The translations under genes were made by a program, and so were the position numbers. From the NCBI GenBank assembly GCA_964035545.1, contig OZ037766.1, forward strand, positions 12,328,722-12,392,721: 64,000 nt of DNA. Direction: 5' to 3'. Below the pieces are notes generated by a model. The model did no database searches. It worked only from the letters and a program-made list of their open reading frames with translations, and had not been told where the DNA came from. The DNA is from Bugula neritina (lineage: Eukaryota; Animalia; Bryozoa). Of this stretch, positions 1 through 13,800 are shown in pieces; position 1 is the stretch's first letter, and each line of letters begins with the position of its first letter.

Positions 1-3000
1 TTCAGACACTGGCTGGTCTGGTTCTTCAGACACTGGCTGGTCTGATTCTTCAGCAACTGTCTGGTCAGGCTTCTCAGAGACTTTCTGGTCTGGTTCATCA
101 GTGGGCGTCTGGTCTGGCTCATCAGCAACCATAGGCTCTGCTTCCTCAGCAACAGTCTGGTCTGGTTCTTCAGACACTGGCTGGTCTGATTCTTCAGCAA
201 CTGTCTGGTCAGGCTTCTCAGAGACTTTCTGGTCTGGTTCATCAGTGGGCGTCTGGTCTGGCTCATCAGCAACCATAGGCTCTGCTTCCCCAGCAACAGT
301 CTGGTCGGGTTGTTCAGGGACAGGTTGGTCCGGTTCCTCAGTGACCACAGGCTCACTTTCAACAGCTTCTACAGCTTCTACAGCTTCAGGTACAAGCTCT
401 TTTTCAGCAACAACAGATTCAGTAGCGTCTGAATCAACGTCGCAGGCTGGAGGTTGTTCAACATCTGTAGGTTCTTCAGCTTCGAGCTGGTCCGGGTCCT
501 CACCAGCTGGCTGGTCTGGTTCTTCAGAAACCGTCTGGTCGGGCTCTTCAGCAACAGTCTGGACTGGTTCTTCAGCCAGAATCTGGTCTGATTCTTCAGT
601 TACTGGCTGGTCTGATTCTTCAGCAACCGTCTGGTCAGGCTCCTCAGAGACTTGCTGGTGGGCTTCATCAGTGGGCGTCTGGTCTGGCTCATCAACAACC
701 ATCGGGTCTGCTTCCTCAGAAACCGTCTGGTCTGGCTCTTCACCAACAGTATGGTCTGGTTCTTCTAAGACAGGCTGGTCTTCTTTTGTAACAGTCTGGT
801 CTAGCTCTTCAGCAACAGTCTGATCTGGTTCTTCAGAAACTGTCTGGTCGGGCTCTTCAGCAACAGTCTGGACTGGTTCTTCAGCCACAGTCTGGTCTGG
901 TTCTTCAGAGACAGGTTGGTCCGGTTCTACAGTGACCACAGGCTCACTTTCAACAGCTTCTACAGCTTCAGGTACAAGCTCTTCTTCAGCAGCGACAGAG
1001 TCAGCAGCGTCTCTGATTTCTGCTTTAATGTCGTCAGTTGCAGGTTGTTCAGCATCTGCTTGTTCCCCAGGAACGGGCAGGTCGGCTTCTTTAGCAAGAG
1101 CGGAGACAGATTCCTCAACAACTGGCTGGTCTAGTTCTTCAGCAGCTGTCTGGTCTGGCTCTTCAGAGACATGCTGGTCTAGTTCATCAGTGGGTATCTG
1201 ATCTGGCTCATCAGCAACAGTCAGATCTGGTTCTTCTGAGACAGGCTGGTCCTCTTCAGCAACCGTCTGGTCTGGTTCTTCAGAAACCATCTGGTCTGGT
1301 TCTTCACCAACAGTATAGTCTGGTTCTTCAGCAACAAGCTGCTCTTTTTCAGCAACAGTCTGGTCTGGCTCCCCACCAACAGTCTGGTCTGGCTCTTCAG
1401 CAACAGCCTGGTCTGGTTCTTCAGAGAGAGGTTGGTCCGGTTCAACAGTGACCACAGGCTCACTTTCAACAGCTTCTACAGCTTCAGGTACAAGCTCTTC
1501 TTCAGCAGCGACAGAGTCAGCTACGTCTCCGATTTCTGCTTTAATGTCGTCAGTTGCAGGTTGTTCAGCATCTGCTTGTTCCCCAGGAACGGGCAGGTCG
1601 GCTTCTTCAGCAAGAGCAGAGACTGAATCCTCAACAATTGGCTGGTCCGGTTCTTCAGCAGCTATCTGGTCTGGCTCCTCAGTGGGCGTCGGGTCTGCCT
1701 CATCAGCAACAGTCAGATCTGGTTCTTCTGAGACAGGCTGTTCTTCTTCAGCAACAGTCTGGTCTGGTTCTTCAGAAACCGTCTGGTCTGGCTCTTCAGA
1801 AACCGTCTGGTCGGGCTCTTCAGCAACAGTCTGGTCTGGTTCTTCAGCAACCGTCAGATCTGCTCCCACAGCAACAGTCTGGTCTGGTTCTTCAGCAACA
1901 GTCTGGTTTGATTCTTCACCAATAGTCTGGGTTAGCTCATCAGAGACTAGTTGGTCTGGTGCACCAGTGGGCGTCTGGTTTGCCTCATCAGCAACCATAG
2001 GCTCTGGTTCCTCAGCAATAGTCTGGTCTGGCTCTTCAGCAACCGTCTGGTCTGGTTCTTCACCAACAGTATAGTCTGGCTCTTTTGAGACAGGCTGGTT
2101 TTCTTCTGCAACAGTCTGGTCTGGCTCTTCAGCAACAGCCTGGTCTGGTTCTTCAGAAACCATCTGGTCGGGTTCTTCAGCAACAGTCTGAACTGGTTCT
2201 TCAGCCAGAATCTGGTCTGGTTCTTCAGATATTGGCTGGTCTGATTCTTCAGCAACCGTCTGGTCCGGCTCCTCAGAGACTTGCTTGTGGGCTTCATCAG
2301 TGGGCGTCTGGTCTGGTTCTTCACCAACAGTATAATCTGGTTCTTCTGAGACAGGCTGATTTTCTTCTGCAACAGTCTGGTCTGGCTCTTCAGCAACAGC
2401 CTGGTCTGGTTCTTCAGCAACAGTCTGGTTTGATTCTTCACTAACAGTCTGGGTTGGCTCATCAGAGACTAGTTGGTCTGGTTTATCAGTGGGCGTCGGG
2501 TCTGCCTCATCAGCAACAGTCAGATCTGGTTTTTCTGAGACAGGCTGGTCTGGCTCTTCAGCAACAGTCTGGTCTGGTTCTTCAGAAACCGTCTGGTCTG
2601 GCTCTTCACCAACAGTATGGTCTGGTTCTTCTGAGACAGGCTGGTCTGGCTCTTCAGCAACCGTCAGATCTGCTTCCACAGCAACAGTCTGGTCTGGTTC
2701 TTCAGCAACAGTCTGGTCTGGTTCTTCAGCAACAGTCTGGTCTGGTTCTTCAGCAGCAGTCTGGTTTGATTCTTCACTAACAGTCTGGGTTGGCTCATCA
2801 GAGACTAGTTGGTCTGGTTTATCAGTGGGCGTCGGGTCTGCCTCATCAGCAACAGTCAGATCTGGTTTTTCTGAGACAGGCTGGTCTGGCTCTTCAGCAA
2901 CAGTCTGGTCTGGTTCTTCAGAAACCGTCTGGTCGGGCTCATCAGCAACAGTCTGGACTGGTTCTTCAGTGACAGGTTGGTCCGTTTCCACAGAGACCAC

Positions 3001-6000
3001 AGGCTCACTTTCAACAGCCTCTACAGCTTCAGGTACAAGCTCTTCTTCAGCAGCGTCTTTGATCTCTGCTTCAATGTTGTCAGTTGCAGGTTGTTCGGCA
3101 TCTGCTTGTTCTTCAGGAACCGTCAGGTCAGCTTCTTCAGCAACAGCAGGGACTGATTCCTCAACAACTGGCTGGTCCGGTTCGTCAGCAGCTGTTAGGT
3201 GTGGCTCCTCATAGACTTGTCGGCCTGGTTCATCAGTTGGCATCTGGTCTGGCTCACCAGCAACAGTCAGATCTGGTTCTTCTGAGTCAGGCTGGTCTTC
3301 TTCAGCAACCGTTTGGTCTAGTTCTTCAGAAACCGTCTGGTCTGGCTCTTCACCAACAGTATGGTCTGGTTCTTCAGACACTGGCTGATCTGATTCTTCA
3401 GCAACTGTCTGGTCAGGCTCCTCAGAGACTTGCTCGTCTGGTTCATCAGTGGGCGTCTGGTCTGGCTCATCAGCAACCATAGGGTCTGCTTCCTCAGCAA
3501 CAGTCTGGTCGGGTTCTTCAGGGACAGGTTGGTCCGGTTCCACAGTGACCACAGGCTCACTTTTAACAGCTTCTACAGCTTCAGGTACAAGCTCTTTTTC
3601 AGCAGCGACAGAGTCAGCAGCGTCTGAAACAACGTCGCAGGCTAGAGGTTGTTCAACATCTGTAGGTTTTTCGGCTACGAACTGGTCCGGGTCTTCACCA
3701 GCTGGCTGGTCTGGTTCTTCAGAAACCGTCTGGTCAGGCTCTTCAGCAACAGTCTGGACTGGTTCTTCAGCCAGAATCTGGTCTGATTCCTCAGATACTG
3801 GCTGGTCCGATTTTTCAGCAAGCGTCTGGTCAGGCTCCTCAGAAACTTGGTGGTCTGGTTCATCAGTGGGCGTCTGGTCTGGCTCTTCAAAGACTTGCTG
3901 GCCTGGTTCATCAGTGGGCGTCTGGTATGGCTTACCAGCAACCATAGGCTCTGCTTCCTCAGCAACCGTCTGGTCTGGCTCTTCACCAACAGTATGGTCT
4001 GGTTCTTCTGAGACAGGCTGGTCTGGCTCTTCAGCAACCGTCAGATCTGCTTCCACAGCAACAGTCTGGTCTGGTTCTTCAGCAACAGTCTGGTTTGGTT
4101 CTTCAGCAACAGTCTGGTCTGGTTCTTCAGCAACAGTCTGGTTTGATTCTTCACTAACAGTCTGGGTTGGCTCATCAGAGACTAGTTGGTCTGGTTTATC
4201 AGTGGGCGTCGGGTCTGCCTCATCAGCAACAGTCAGATCTGGTTTTTCTGAGACAGGCTGGTCTGGCTCTTCAGCAACAGTCTGGTCTGGTTCTTCAGAA
4301 ACCGTCTGGTCTGGCTCTTCACCAACAGTATGGTCTGGTTCTTCTGAGACAGGCTGGTCTGGCTCTTCAGCAACCGTCAGATCTGCTTCCACAGCAACAG
4401 TCTGGTCTGGTTCTTCAGCAACAGTCTGGTCTGGTTCTTCAGCAACAGTCTGGTCTGGTTCTTCAGCAGCAGTCTGGTTTGATTCTTCACTAACAGTCTG
4501 GGTTGGCTCATCAGAGACTAGTTGGTCTGGTTTATCAGTGGGCGTCGGGTCTGCCTCATCAGCAACAGTCAGATCTGGTTTTTCTGAGACAGGCTGGTCT
4601 GGCTCTTCAGCAACAGTCTGGTCTGGTTCTTCAGAAACCGTCTGGTCGGGCTCATCAGCAACAGTCTGGACTGGTTCTTCAGCCACAGTCTGGTCTGGTT
4701 CTTCAGCAACCGTCAGATCTGCTTCCACAGCAACAGTCTGGTCTGGTTCTTCAGCAACAGTCTGGTCTGGTTCTTCAGCAACAGTCTGGTCTGGTTCTTC
4801 AGCAACAGTCTGGTCTGGTTCTTCAGCAGCAGTCTGGTTTGATTCTTCACTAACAGTCTGGGTTGGCTCATCAGAGACTAGTTGGTCTGGTTTATCAGTG
4901 GGCGTCGGGTCTGCCTCATCAGCAACAGTCAGATCTGGTTTTTCTGAGACAGGCTGGTCTGGCTCTTCAGCAACAGTCTGGTCTGGTTCTTCAGAAACCG
5001 TCTGGTCGGGCTCATCAGCAACAGTCTGGACTGGTTCTTCAGCCACAGTCTGGTCTGGTTCTTCAGCAACCGTCAGATCTGCTTCCACAGCAACAGTCTG
5101 GTCTGGTTCTTCAGCAACAGTCTGGTTTGATTCTTCACTAAAAGTCTGGGTTGGCTCATCAGAGACTAGTTGGTCTGGTGCATCAGTGGGCGTCGGGTCT
5201 GCCTCATCAGCAACCATAGGCTCTGTTTCCTCAGCAACAGTCTGATCTGGTTCTTCAGAGACAGGTTGGTCCGGTTCTACAGTGACCACAGGCTCACTTT
5301 CAACAGCTTCTACAGCTTCAGGTACAAGCTCTTCTTCAGCAGCGACAGAATCAGCAGCGTCTCTGATTTCTGCTTTAATGTCGTCAGTTGCAGGTTGTTC
5401 AGCATCTGCTTGTTCCCCAGGAACGGGCAAGTCGGCTTCTTCAGCAAGAGCGGAGACTGCCCCAACAACTGGCTGGTCCGGTTCTTCAGCAGCTGTCTGG
5501 TCTGGCTCCTCAGAGACTTGCTGGACTGGTTCATCAGTGGGCATCTGGTCTGGCTCATCAGCAACAGTCAGATCTGGTTCTTCTGAGACAGGCTGATCTT
5601 CTTCAGCAACCGATTGGTCTAGTTCTTCAGAAACCGTCTGGTCTGGCTCTTCACCAACAGTATGGTCTGGTTCTTCAGACACTGGCTGATCTGATTCTTC
5701 AGCAACCGTCTGGTCAGGCTCCTCAGAGACTTGCTCGTCTGGTTCATCAGTGGGCGTCTGGTCTGGCTCATCAGCAACCATAGGCTTTGCTTCCTCAGCA
5801 ACAGTCTGGTCGGGTTCTTCAGAGACAGGTTGGTCCGGTTCTACAGTGACTACAGGCTCACTTTCAACAGCTTCTACAGCTTCAGGTACAAGCTCTTTTT
5901 CAGCAGCGACAGAGTCAGCAGCGTCTGAATCAACGTCGCAGGCTAGAGGTTGTTCAACATCTGTAGGTTTTTCGGCTACGAGCTGGTCCGGGTCCTCACC

Positions 6001-7350
6001 AGCTGGTTGGTCTGGTTCTTTAGAAACCATCTGGACTGGTTCTTCAGCAACATGCTGGTCTTCTTCAGCAACAGTCTGGTCTGGCTCTTCACCAACAGTC
6101 TGGTCTGGCTCTTCAGCAACAGCCTGGTCTGGTGCTTCAGAAACCGTCTGGTCGGGCTCTTCAGCAACAGTCTGGACTGGTTCTTCAGCCACAGTCTGGT
6201 CTGGTTCTTCAGAGATAGGTTGGTCCGGTTCTACAGTGACTACAGGCTCACTTTCAACAGCTTCTACAGCTTCAGGTATAAGCTCCTCTTCAGCAGCAAC
6301 AGAGGCAGCAGCGTCTTTGACTTCTGAATCAACGTCGCAAGCTGGATGTTGTTCAGCATCTGTAGGTTCCTCAGTTACAGGCTGGTCTGGTTCTTCAGCA
6401 ACCGCCTGGTTAGGCTCCTCAGAGACTTTCTGGTCTGGTTCATCAGTGGGCATCTGGTCTGGCTCATCAGCAACAGTCTGGTCTAGTTCCTCAGAGACAA
6501 CCTGATCGGGTTCCACAGCGACCACAGGCTCACTTTCAACAGCTCTTACAGCTTCAGGTACAAGTTCTTCTTCAGCAGCGACAGAGGCAGCAGCGTCTTT
6601 GACTTCTGATTCAACGTCGCAAGTTGGATGTTGTTCAGCATCTGTAGGTTCCTCAGTTACAGGCTGGTCTGGTTCTTCAGCAACCGCCTGGTCAGGCTCC
6701 TCAGAGACTTTCTGGTCTGGTTCATCAGTGGGCATCTGGTCTGGCTCATCAGCAACAGTCTGGTCTAGTTCCTCAGTGACAGGTTGGTCTGTTTCCACAG
6801 AGACCACAGGCTCACTTTCAACAGTTTCTACGGCTTCAGGTACAACCTCCTCTTCAGCAACAACAGATTTCGCAGCGTCTTTGAGTTCTGCTTTAATGTC
6901 GTCAGTTGCAGGTGGTTCAGCACCTGCACGTACCTCAGCAACCGGCAGGTCTACGTCTTCAGCAACAGCGGGGACCGATTCCTCAACAACCGGCTGGTCT
7001 GCTTCCTCAGCAACAGCCTGGTATGGCTCTTCAGAAACAGGTTGGTCTCGTTCCACAGTGACCACGGGTGCACTTTCAACAGCTTCTGTAGCTTCAGGTA
7101 CAACCTCCTCTTCAGCAACAACAGATTCAGCAGCGTCTTTGATTTCTGCTTCAATATCGTCGGTTGCAGGTTGTTCAGCATCTGCTTGTTCCTCAGCAAC
7201 CAGCAGGTCGGCTTCTTCAGCAACAGTCTGGACTAGTTCCTCAACAACTGGCTGGTTTGGCTCTTCAGCAATAGGCTGGTCTGGTTCTTCAGAGACAGGT
7301 TGGTCTGGTTCCATAGTGACCACAGGTGCACTTTCAACAGCCTCCGTAGC
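1..7350 (-). repeat. 24-nt coding tandem repeat (GAAGAACCAGACCAGACTGTTGCT) with higher-order structure
   Basis: Very many agcaacagtctggtctggttcttc variants, interrupted about 12 times by an [20 protein letters not shown] module. Confidence 0.95.
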
Positions 7351-7844
7351 TTCAGGTACAACTTGCTCTTCGGTCACAATAAGTTCTGTAGTGTCCGTAA
7401 CTTCTGCTTGATTTTGACTTGCTTCAACTTTATCAGCTGCAAGCACTTCATCACTCACTGGTTCTTCAGCTGCAGGCTGCTCTACAGTGATTGTGGGCTC
7501 AATTTCTGATGCTTCAATCCCAATGTCAGGCTTATCAATCAGCTTAACTTCTGAGGTTCGTTCAACTTCTGTAGTGAGCTTTTGTGTAGGTAATTGTGTA
7601 GCAGTATCATTCTGTGCATAATCTTCACCCCTTTTTGAACTACTTTTATTTTCCAGAATTGCCTGAGCTGTCGGGCTTATTTCTTCAATGGAAATGGATT
7701 CATGGAATGGTTTACTCAGGTTATGTGCTTTGCTCTCACTAGAAGCACTTGTTACGGTCATACATAACGTAATTTCTTCTCGTCTCATAAGCTCATTAGA
7801 TACCTGGGCAATTGCCTTCCCAGCAGCATCATTTTCTGATGAAG
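1..7844 (-). CDS. Ank2: Giant ankyrin exon, at least 7,844 nt (2,600+ aa), acidic EEPDQTVA repeats, runs off window
   Basis: Acceptor ttttcgttttag at 7845, phase 1; the frame at 7842 equals the EEPDQ frame at 1-24; the ORF track lists no terminated minus-strand ORF in this frame despite in-frame ATGs, implying no stop. Confidence 0.88.
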
Positions 7845-10800
7845 CTAAAACGAAAACATATATCATCACAAAACCCAAAATAAATGAACTATTATTACAA
7901 ATTTCAACAAAAATACTAGTAAAGTGGTGCTTTGAGTAGATGTTCATGCAATGCTCATTCACATTAGGCAGGCAGCTGATAAAACCTCAAACTCAATTTA
8001 TTCGGCTTCAAAGCTGTTCTTAAAATCAATAGTATAAGCGCCAAGGAATCTACTGTCAGTGAATATACACCTGCCCTGGTCCTGGCTGTGTTTGGAATTA
8101 AGGCAAGGCTGTTAATGGTTGCAGCATCGAGCATATTAGATTGCATATGTATATTATGTATTCGTAATATATAAAAATTCCCCTTTTAGATTCATTACTT
8201 TCGTTCAAAACATAAAATAGCTAAATGTACCAGATGCAATTACAACAAATAATGGAAAACAGAAATACTAACCAATGTGTTTTGTTGAATTTTCTGATGA
8301 GGTCTTCATAACAATTTGGTTCCTTCATGCAAAAGCACTGGCCAGCTCGGAGGCGTAAGTTTTATCAGTACATGCAGCAGTGGTGACATAAAGTGAGTAA
8401 AGTTTCTAGGGCTAGCTAGCCAAAGCTTGTTGAAGCATCAGTGGAGTAGTCATAAACGAAGGAAGGATGTCGATAGTATTTATGGTTAAAGCTATAGCCG
8501 CCAGCGGAAATCATTCAACTACGAGTTTGAAGTCAAACCTTCGAAGGTCAACTCATGTCGCAAATTACTTTTTTATCCAAAATATAGTCCCAACAGTTCA
8601 TTCATTGTCTCTGCAGCGCGGCCATTGCAAATATTAGAGCATTAGAAAGTGTGAGAAAGAAAAGTGAAGACTAGGTGTTTAAGTGGTTAGCATTCTTTGT
8701 CAAAGGGAAGCAAGCAACCAGAGATGAAATTTGAAGAAACTGACATTGCGTTCCATCAGATAAAGATGAAGACTACTGATTATGAAACAGTAATTCCCTG
8801 TCTGTGTAAGAGAGGGCAGTGTGATACGAGAGCCTGATAAGCAATGACTAATGGATATGAAATACTTAATAGCTGTAAGTTTAGAGCAGGCAACATGCTA
8901 TGAACCATAATGTGACAACATAGGACCACAAGCTGTAAAAGCTCTTGAAAAATTTAAAATGGAACTTTTATCTTTAATGAAATAAAGAGCACAACTCTCA
9001 ATATTGTACATGGATTACCTGCATTTTCCGTCCACAGCAACACCAAACAAGAGTAAATTAATACTTACCATCCAAGCCATCCTTTTCATCTGTGCTCACC
9101 AATGGTGTGGGACTGGATTCATTTTCTCGAAAATCTACATAAATAAAACAAACTAGGATTAATATAGTTCCATGCTATTATCTAAATTTTACGTCTTAAA
9201 CCAATTACAATACAACATTCAAAGAGTTGGAAGCTACGTTTAACACTTGAAAAACAAATTGAAAATTTACAAAATTGTGTTATTACATGTAAATGCTTTG
9301 CTTTTGAGTTTTACAACTAGAATAGAACACTATGTCACTGGTATCAAGTGTAAACAGTGTAAACAGGTGTTGGAGTTGTCATAACTATAAACTAGAAGTG
9401 ATAGCAGAAAGATTCAACTGATGCAAACCAACAATTAATAATAACTGAGATTACATAATTATATATTACAATACTGGATGGCTAAAATCACATAATATTT
9501 TTAGAAGACTTCACATAATAAGCATTGAAAAACTTACTAATGAAAAACCTATAAAAAGAGTTTAGAAAACATGTATCACATGACTTGAAATTAATAATTA
9601 AAGAAAAAATGTTTTGGGCTTGAAGGAGGTTAAAAAATTGCTTATACCTTCAATCGTATTGAAAATATCAGTCAACTCAAACACTCCAAAAAATAGCCCT
9701 AAAAAAGACTACCTGTGTAAGGATCATATCCAGCTAGACGAAGAGTTAGATGAGCTAAGACAATAACACCAGCAAATACGGCACACAAGCAAGTCGTGGC
9801 CCATTTTTGCAGAGAAGAGATATAGTTACAAAACTGGTGTGATATATCAGCCTCCATAACCAAGATGGAGAAATGAGAACCTAACTCTATGCATTCCTCT
9901 TACAAGATGGCAGGTAGAGAAGACATCAGGATAATTAGAAACAAATAAACTTGCAGTGAGCCAATGAGGAAAGAGTTGCACCTGACCTCTAAAGCTGGTG
10001 TCAGTAAGCTATATACAGGTAATCAATGACCTCTAAGGAATGACACTAAGCTATATCAAATGGCTGTGTTCAGATCCAACAATAATTAGCTAAGCAAAAT
10101 ACTAGAAGTTTAGGGCTACAGTTGAGAGAGTTCGACAGGGCTAAATGACGTTGGATGATAAAGTAAACTACATGACAGTTGCCAAGACCAGACAGTGTCA
10201 AATCTACCTGATGGCTGAATTTCAGTAAGGTAATGACTCAATGTTTGAAGAACGCCATATCTCAACAACATAAACAAACATAGAGAAACACATTACAAAA
10301 AATACCAGAGGTCATCAGAAAGAAGACAAAAATGCCATAGCATTGCTCTAGCAAATAAAAGATTAATTGCATATCACCATGTAGTTTGGACAAACCTTCA
10401 CCCTTCTTCGTTATTCCCTTCTTCTTTGACTTGGATTTTATAGCATTAGAACCACAGCAAAGTTTGTAAAATATTTTAGGCATCACTAGCAGTTAGGTTC
10501 AACACAGGTGTGTCACACCGGGTTGCTAGACAAGTGTGTAGAAAAATCTGAACAGCCGTAGAAAGCTCATGCTTAGATATACAGCACAGCCAATACTAAA
10601 TTCCACAGTGTGTTGATAGGGCAATAACGCAACAAGCACGATATTGCAGCAACTGACGTAACCAAGGCTAGCAGACTAAACACAAGAGTGTCATGTGATC
10701 AAATACTAAAGCAGAAGATGAAATCAAAAACTTCCAAATTCTTTTATAATTTAATCCAGCCCAGACCTTGTCTGCGGATCTAATAAATAACTAGAGTATC

Positions 10801-13800
10801 AGTTGCCAAGAATACTGGTTTAGACTGGTTGAAACTGAGTCAAAAAGAACATTTTTCCAGCTAATGATTTCTGTATGCAATTCCCAGACCATGAACTTCC
10901 TAAACCTCCTCATTATATTCGTACTGTTCATTCAAAATTGGGAATGCTGACAAACCAACTCACAGTATATTCAAATAACAGTGACTATTATAAATAAAAA
11001 ACACATCAGTACATGCAAAAATGTTTGGCATTTTTTGCTAGAGATTAGACATGTATGGAAAACAAGTGACATTATTATGGCAGCAGCACTAGGTTGAGAG
11101 TAATTAGCATAAAATGTGTTGGCCGAATACAAGGCCTCCAGCTAGCAACTGTGTGCTTTATAGAATACTTGCAGCAATTCAAACATTATCTACATAACCC
11201 ATTTTTTATATCAAATCAGTTTAAAAACCTACAAATCACCACTGCATTTCTCATATCGGCAAAAACCTCTTTCATCAACCAGCTCAAAGTCAGAAAGTAT
11301 TAACTAAATTATGTAGGAATGGCAGTATACTTATACCTATTTACCAATATCATTTCAGTGTGTGAATTGCTTTTAAAAATACCTAACGCGCCTAATTGAG
11401 CACCCTTTGAATAGAACTAAACAATAGGACACCCCTGCAAACACATGCAGCAGTAAACACCAAGAGTTGAAGCTGTCAAGATTTCATGACTGACCTTGTG
11501 GTTCAAATGCTTCCATCTGGGCGTTACTTTGGGTGATGGAGACGGAGCTGCTGACTTCAGCAAACATAACAGACGTGCTGGTCTCGGAGAAGGTGGTTAC
11601 TCGTTCGACACATGGAGACAACTCTATGACTTCATCAACAGGCTCACCTGCAATGGGCATTAGAAAAATTCACTGTTACAGTAGGCAGGCTTTTTCTCCC
11701 TCTACATACTTTAACTAATCATACACACACAAATTCCTTTTCAATGCCAAGTCTTAAATTATCATCACAGATCTTGGAATTAAAATAAAAGTGATTGAGC
11801 ATGCCACCTCTGGTTTGAATTAAAGTTGAAATTTTGTTGCTTGTTACCTAATGCTGTGTCACAACATTAGAGAGCTCAAAAATATACCTAGCTAGTGTAG
11901 AGACAGGTGAACAAAAAGCTGTATTATACAATAGAACAAAAAAGGTGTTGTATAAATGCATTTTTTAATTGATACCTTTTCATTCAGACATTTCATTTTA
12001 CAGTGTACCAACCATTATTTTGGCCAGCTTTACAATCATTGAAAAAGTGCGAAAGAACTATTAATGATTTAATGCTGTTTATGATATAAAAACACATGTA
12101 AGCTCTCCAAGAAATTATGCAGCCCTATTTCCTGTTTATTCCAACAGCAAAAAACCTTTACAGTGAACTCTTTTATTATGCCAATAATTCTGCTCTGCCA
12201 TTATAGACATCATCCCAAACTTTATGTAAACATAATGTGAACATTATGTAAATTCAAACTAAACTTGGCATACCATTGATGTATGGCATTAAGTAAAAGA
12301 ACTTCACATGGAAGACATTTCCCAACAGCAAGGCAGATTAAATTTATTCAAATCTCAAAAATAGATATATACCTATTACCAATTAAGACATACAAGCGAA
12401 GAAAAACCTAATTTTCTGCCATTAAGTTCCTGGCACCTTGTAAGTTTCCTAAGAAAAACATGCAAAACATTGAGCTGTTGGTAGGTGCAAACGTAATTAC
12501 TTGACATGTGCAACAGAATAATCAAAGATAAAATCTAAAAAATATACGAACTGTATCTGTGATTTACTGGCCTTAAATCCTAACCCATGAACATTATTTT
12601 TTATAACATACTAAACTATATGCCGAAGAATACTTTGTGTGCGTTGAAAAATGCTACTGTAATTTGTAATGTAATAGCTAAATACATTATATAGTCTACG
12701 GCTCTAGGCACTACAATATTTCCTAGGATATGAAATCGACAACAAAAAGAGAGCTGAACAAGCCAGTACAAAACTAGTCTGACAATTTAAAGATCTTTAT
12801 AATACAGACAACTTTTTAACTTTTCCATCAAGGTGAAACTTTAAACCAAAGAGTTTCAACTCTAATGGAAGCAACTAGTGACCAATCAATTAATTTATGC
12901 TATAAAGTTAACCCAGTAGAAGCAATTTGTTCTACTTTTATGTTGCATAACATGCCATTAGAGTCACGCAAAATTGCAGCTACAACCTACAGTTTTAAGA
13001 CTTGCAGCTACAACCTGAAGTTCTAAGACGGACATATGCTTTAACAGCAATTTCTATTAAAGATCACACATCAGATGAACAGATAGCCAAAATACAAAAG
13101 GAGAACTTCGAACTTCTCTATCTATTTAGCCCGGCAGGTGCAAACTCAATCATGAATATAATACCTTCCATATGCTCTTCTATCAGCACATCTTGTGAAG
13201 AGACTTCCAGCTCTCTGACGAGTGTCTGATATGCTTCCTGGCGAACTAGAGACTTTTCCAACAGCTCTTCTTCATTTGGTGTAAACGACTCAGAGTACCG
13301 AAGATCAGTACTTCTTACTATCACATCTGAGTGGCCAAAATCTATTCGAAACATGAATCAATCCAATTTAACATACTGAAGGAAACAACATGGAGAAATT
13401 GTAATTTTGTATTTCGAGTTTATTGAAGGATGAACCCGAGGAAAAGAGATCATTAAAACATTGTGCCGATATTGGTAAAAGCAAGTGGATGCTAGTAAAT
13501 ACAGCTATAATATTCAGCAATAGTCTACCCTTTGTATTATTACAAACCCAAAGATTCAAAGACCATAAACAGGTAGCAGCAATGATTGTTAAACAAGTAC
13601 CTTCACCGCCTGCAAAGATGACTTCAGAAGATTGGATGTCTTCAGCCAGAGGAGTAACAATCTCGAGAGATGGTGACACTTCTTCGTAGACAGGCTCAGC
13701 ATGCTCTGCTCCTTCGACATCTAGTGGAACATCATAGGTGTCATTTTCAGTGGCAGGCTCTTTCTCAAGTATCTCACCGGGAGTACTTTCAGTACTACCT

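Noticed and set aside
101-7509. Many plus-strand Ser/Trp/Gly-rich and QQQSGLVL ORFs, and minus-strand KNQTRLLL ORFs
   Set aside because: They are antisense or off-frame shadows of the 24-nt coding repeat, broken by stops, while the EEPDQ frame stays open
10385-10440. Purine-rich stretch that could encode a terminal exon [10 protein letters not shown]
   Set aside because: Weak AAG acceptor with a poor pyrimidine tract
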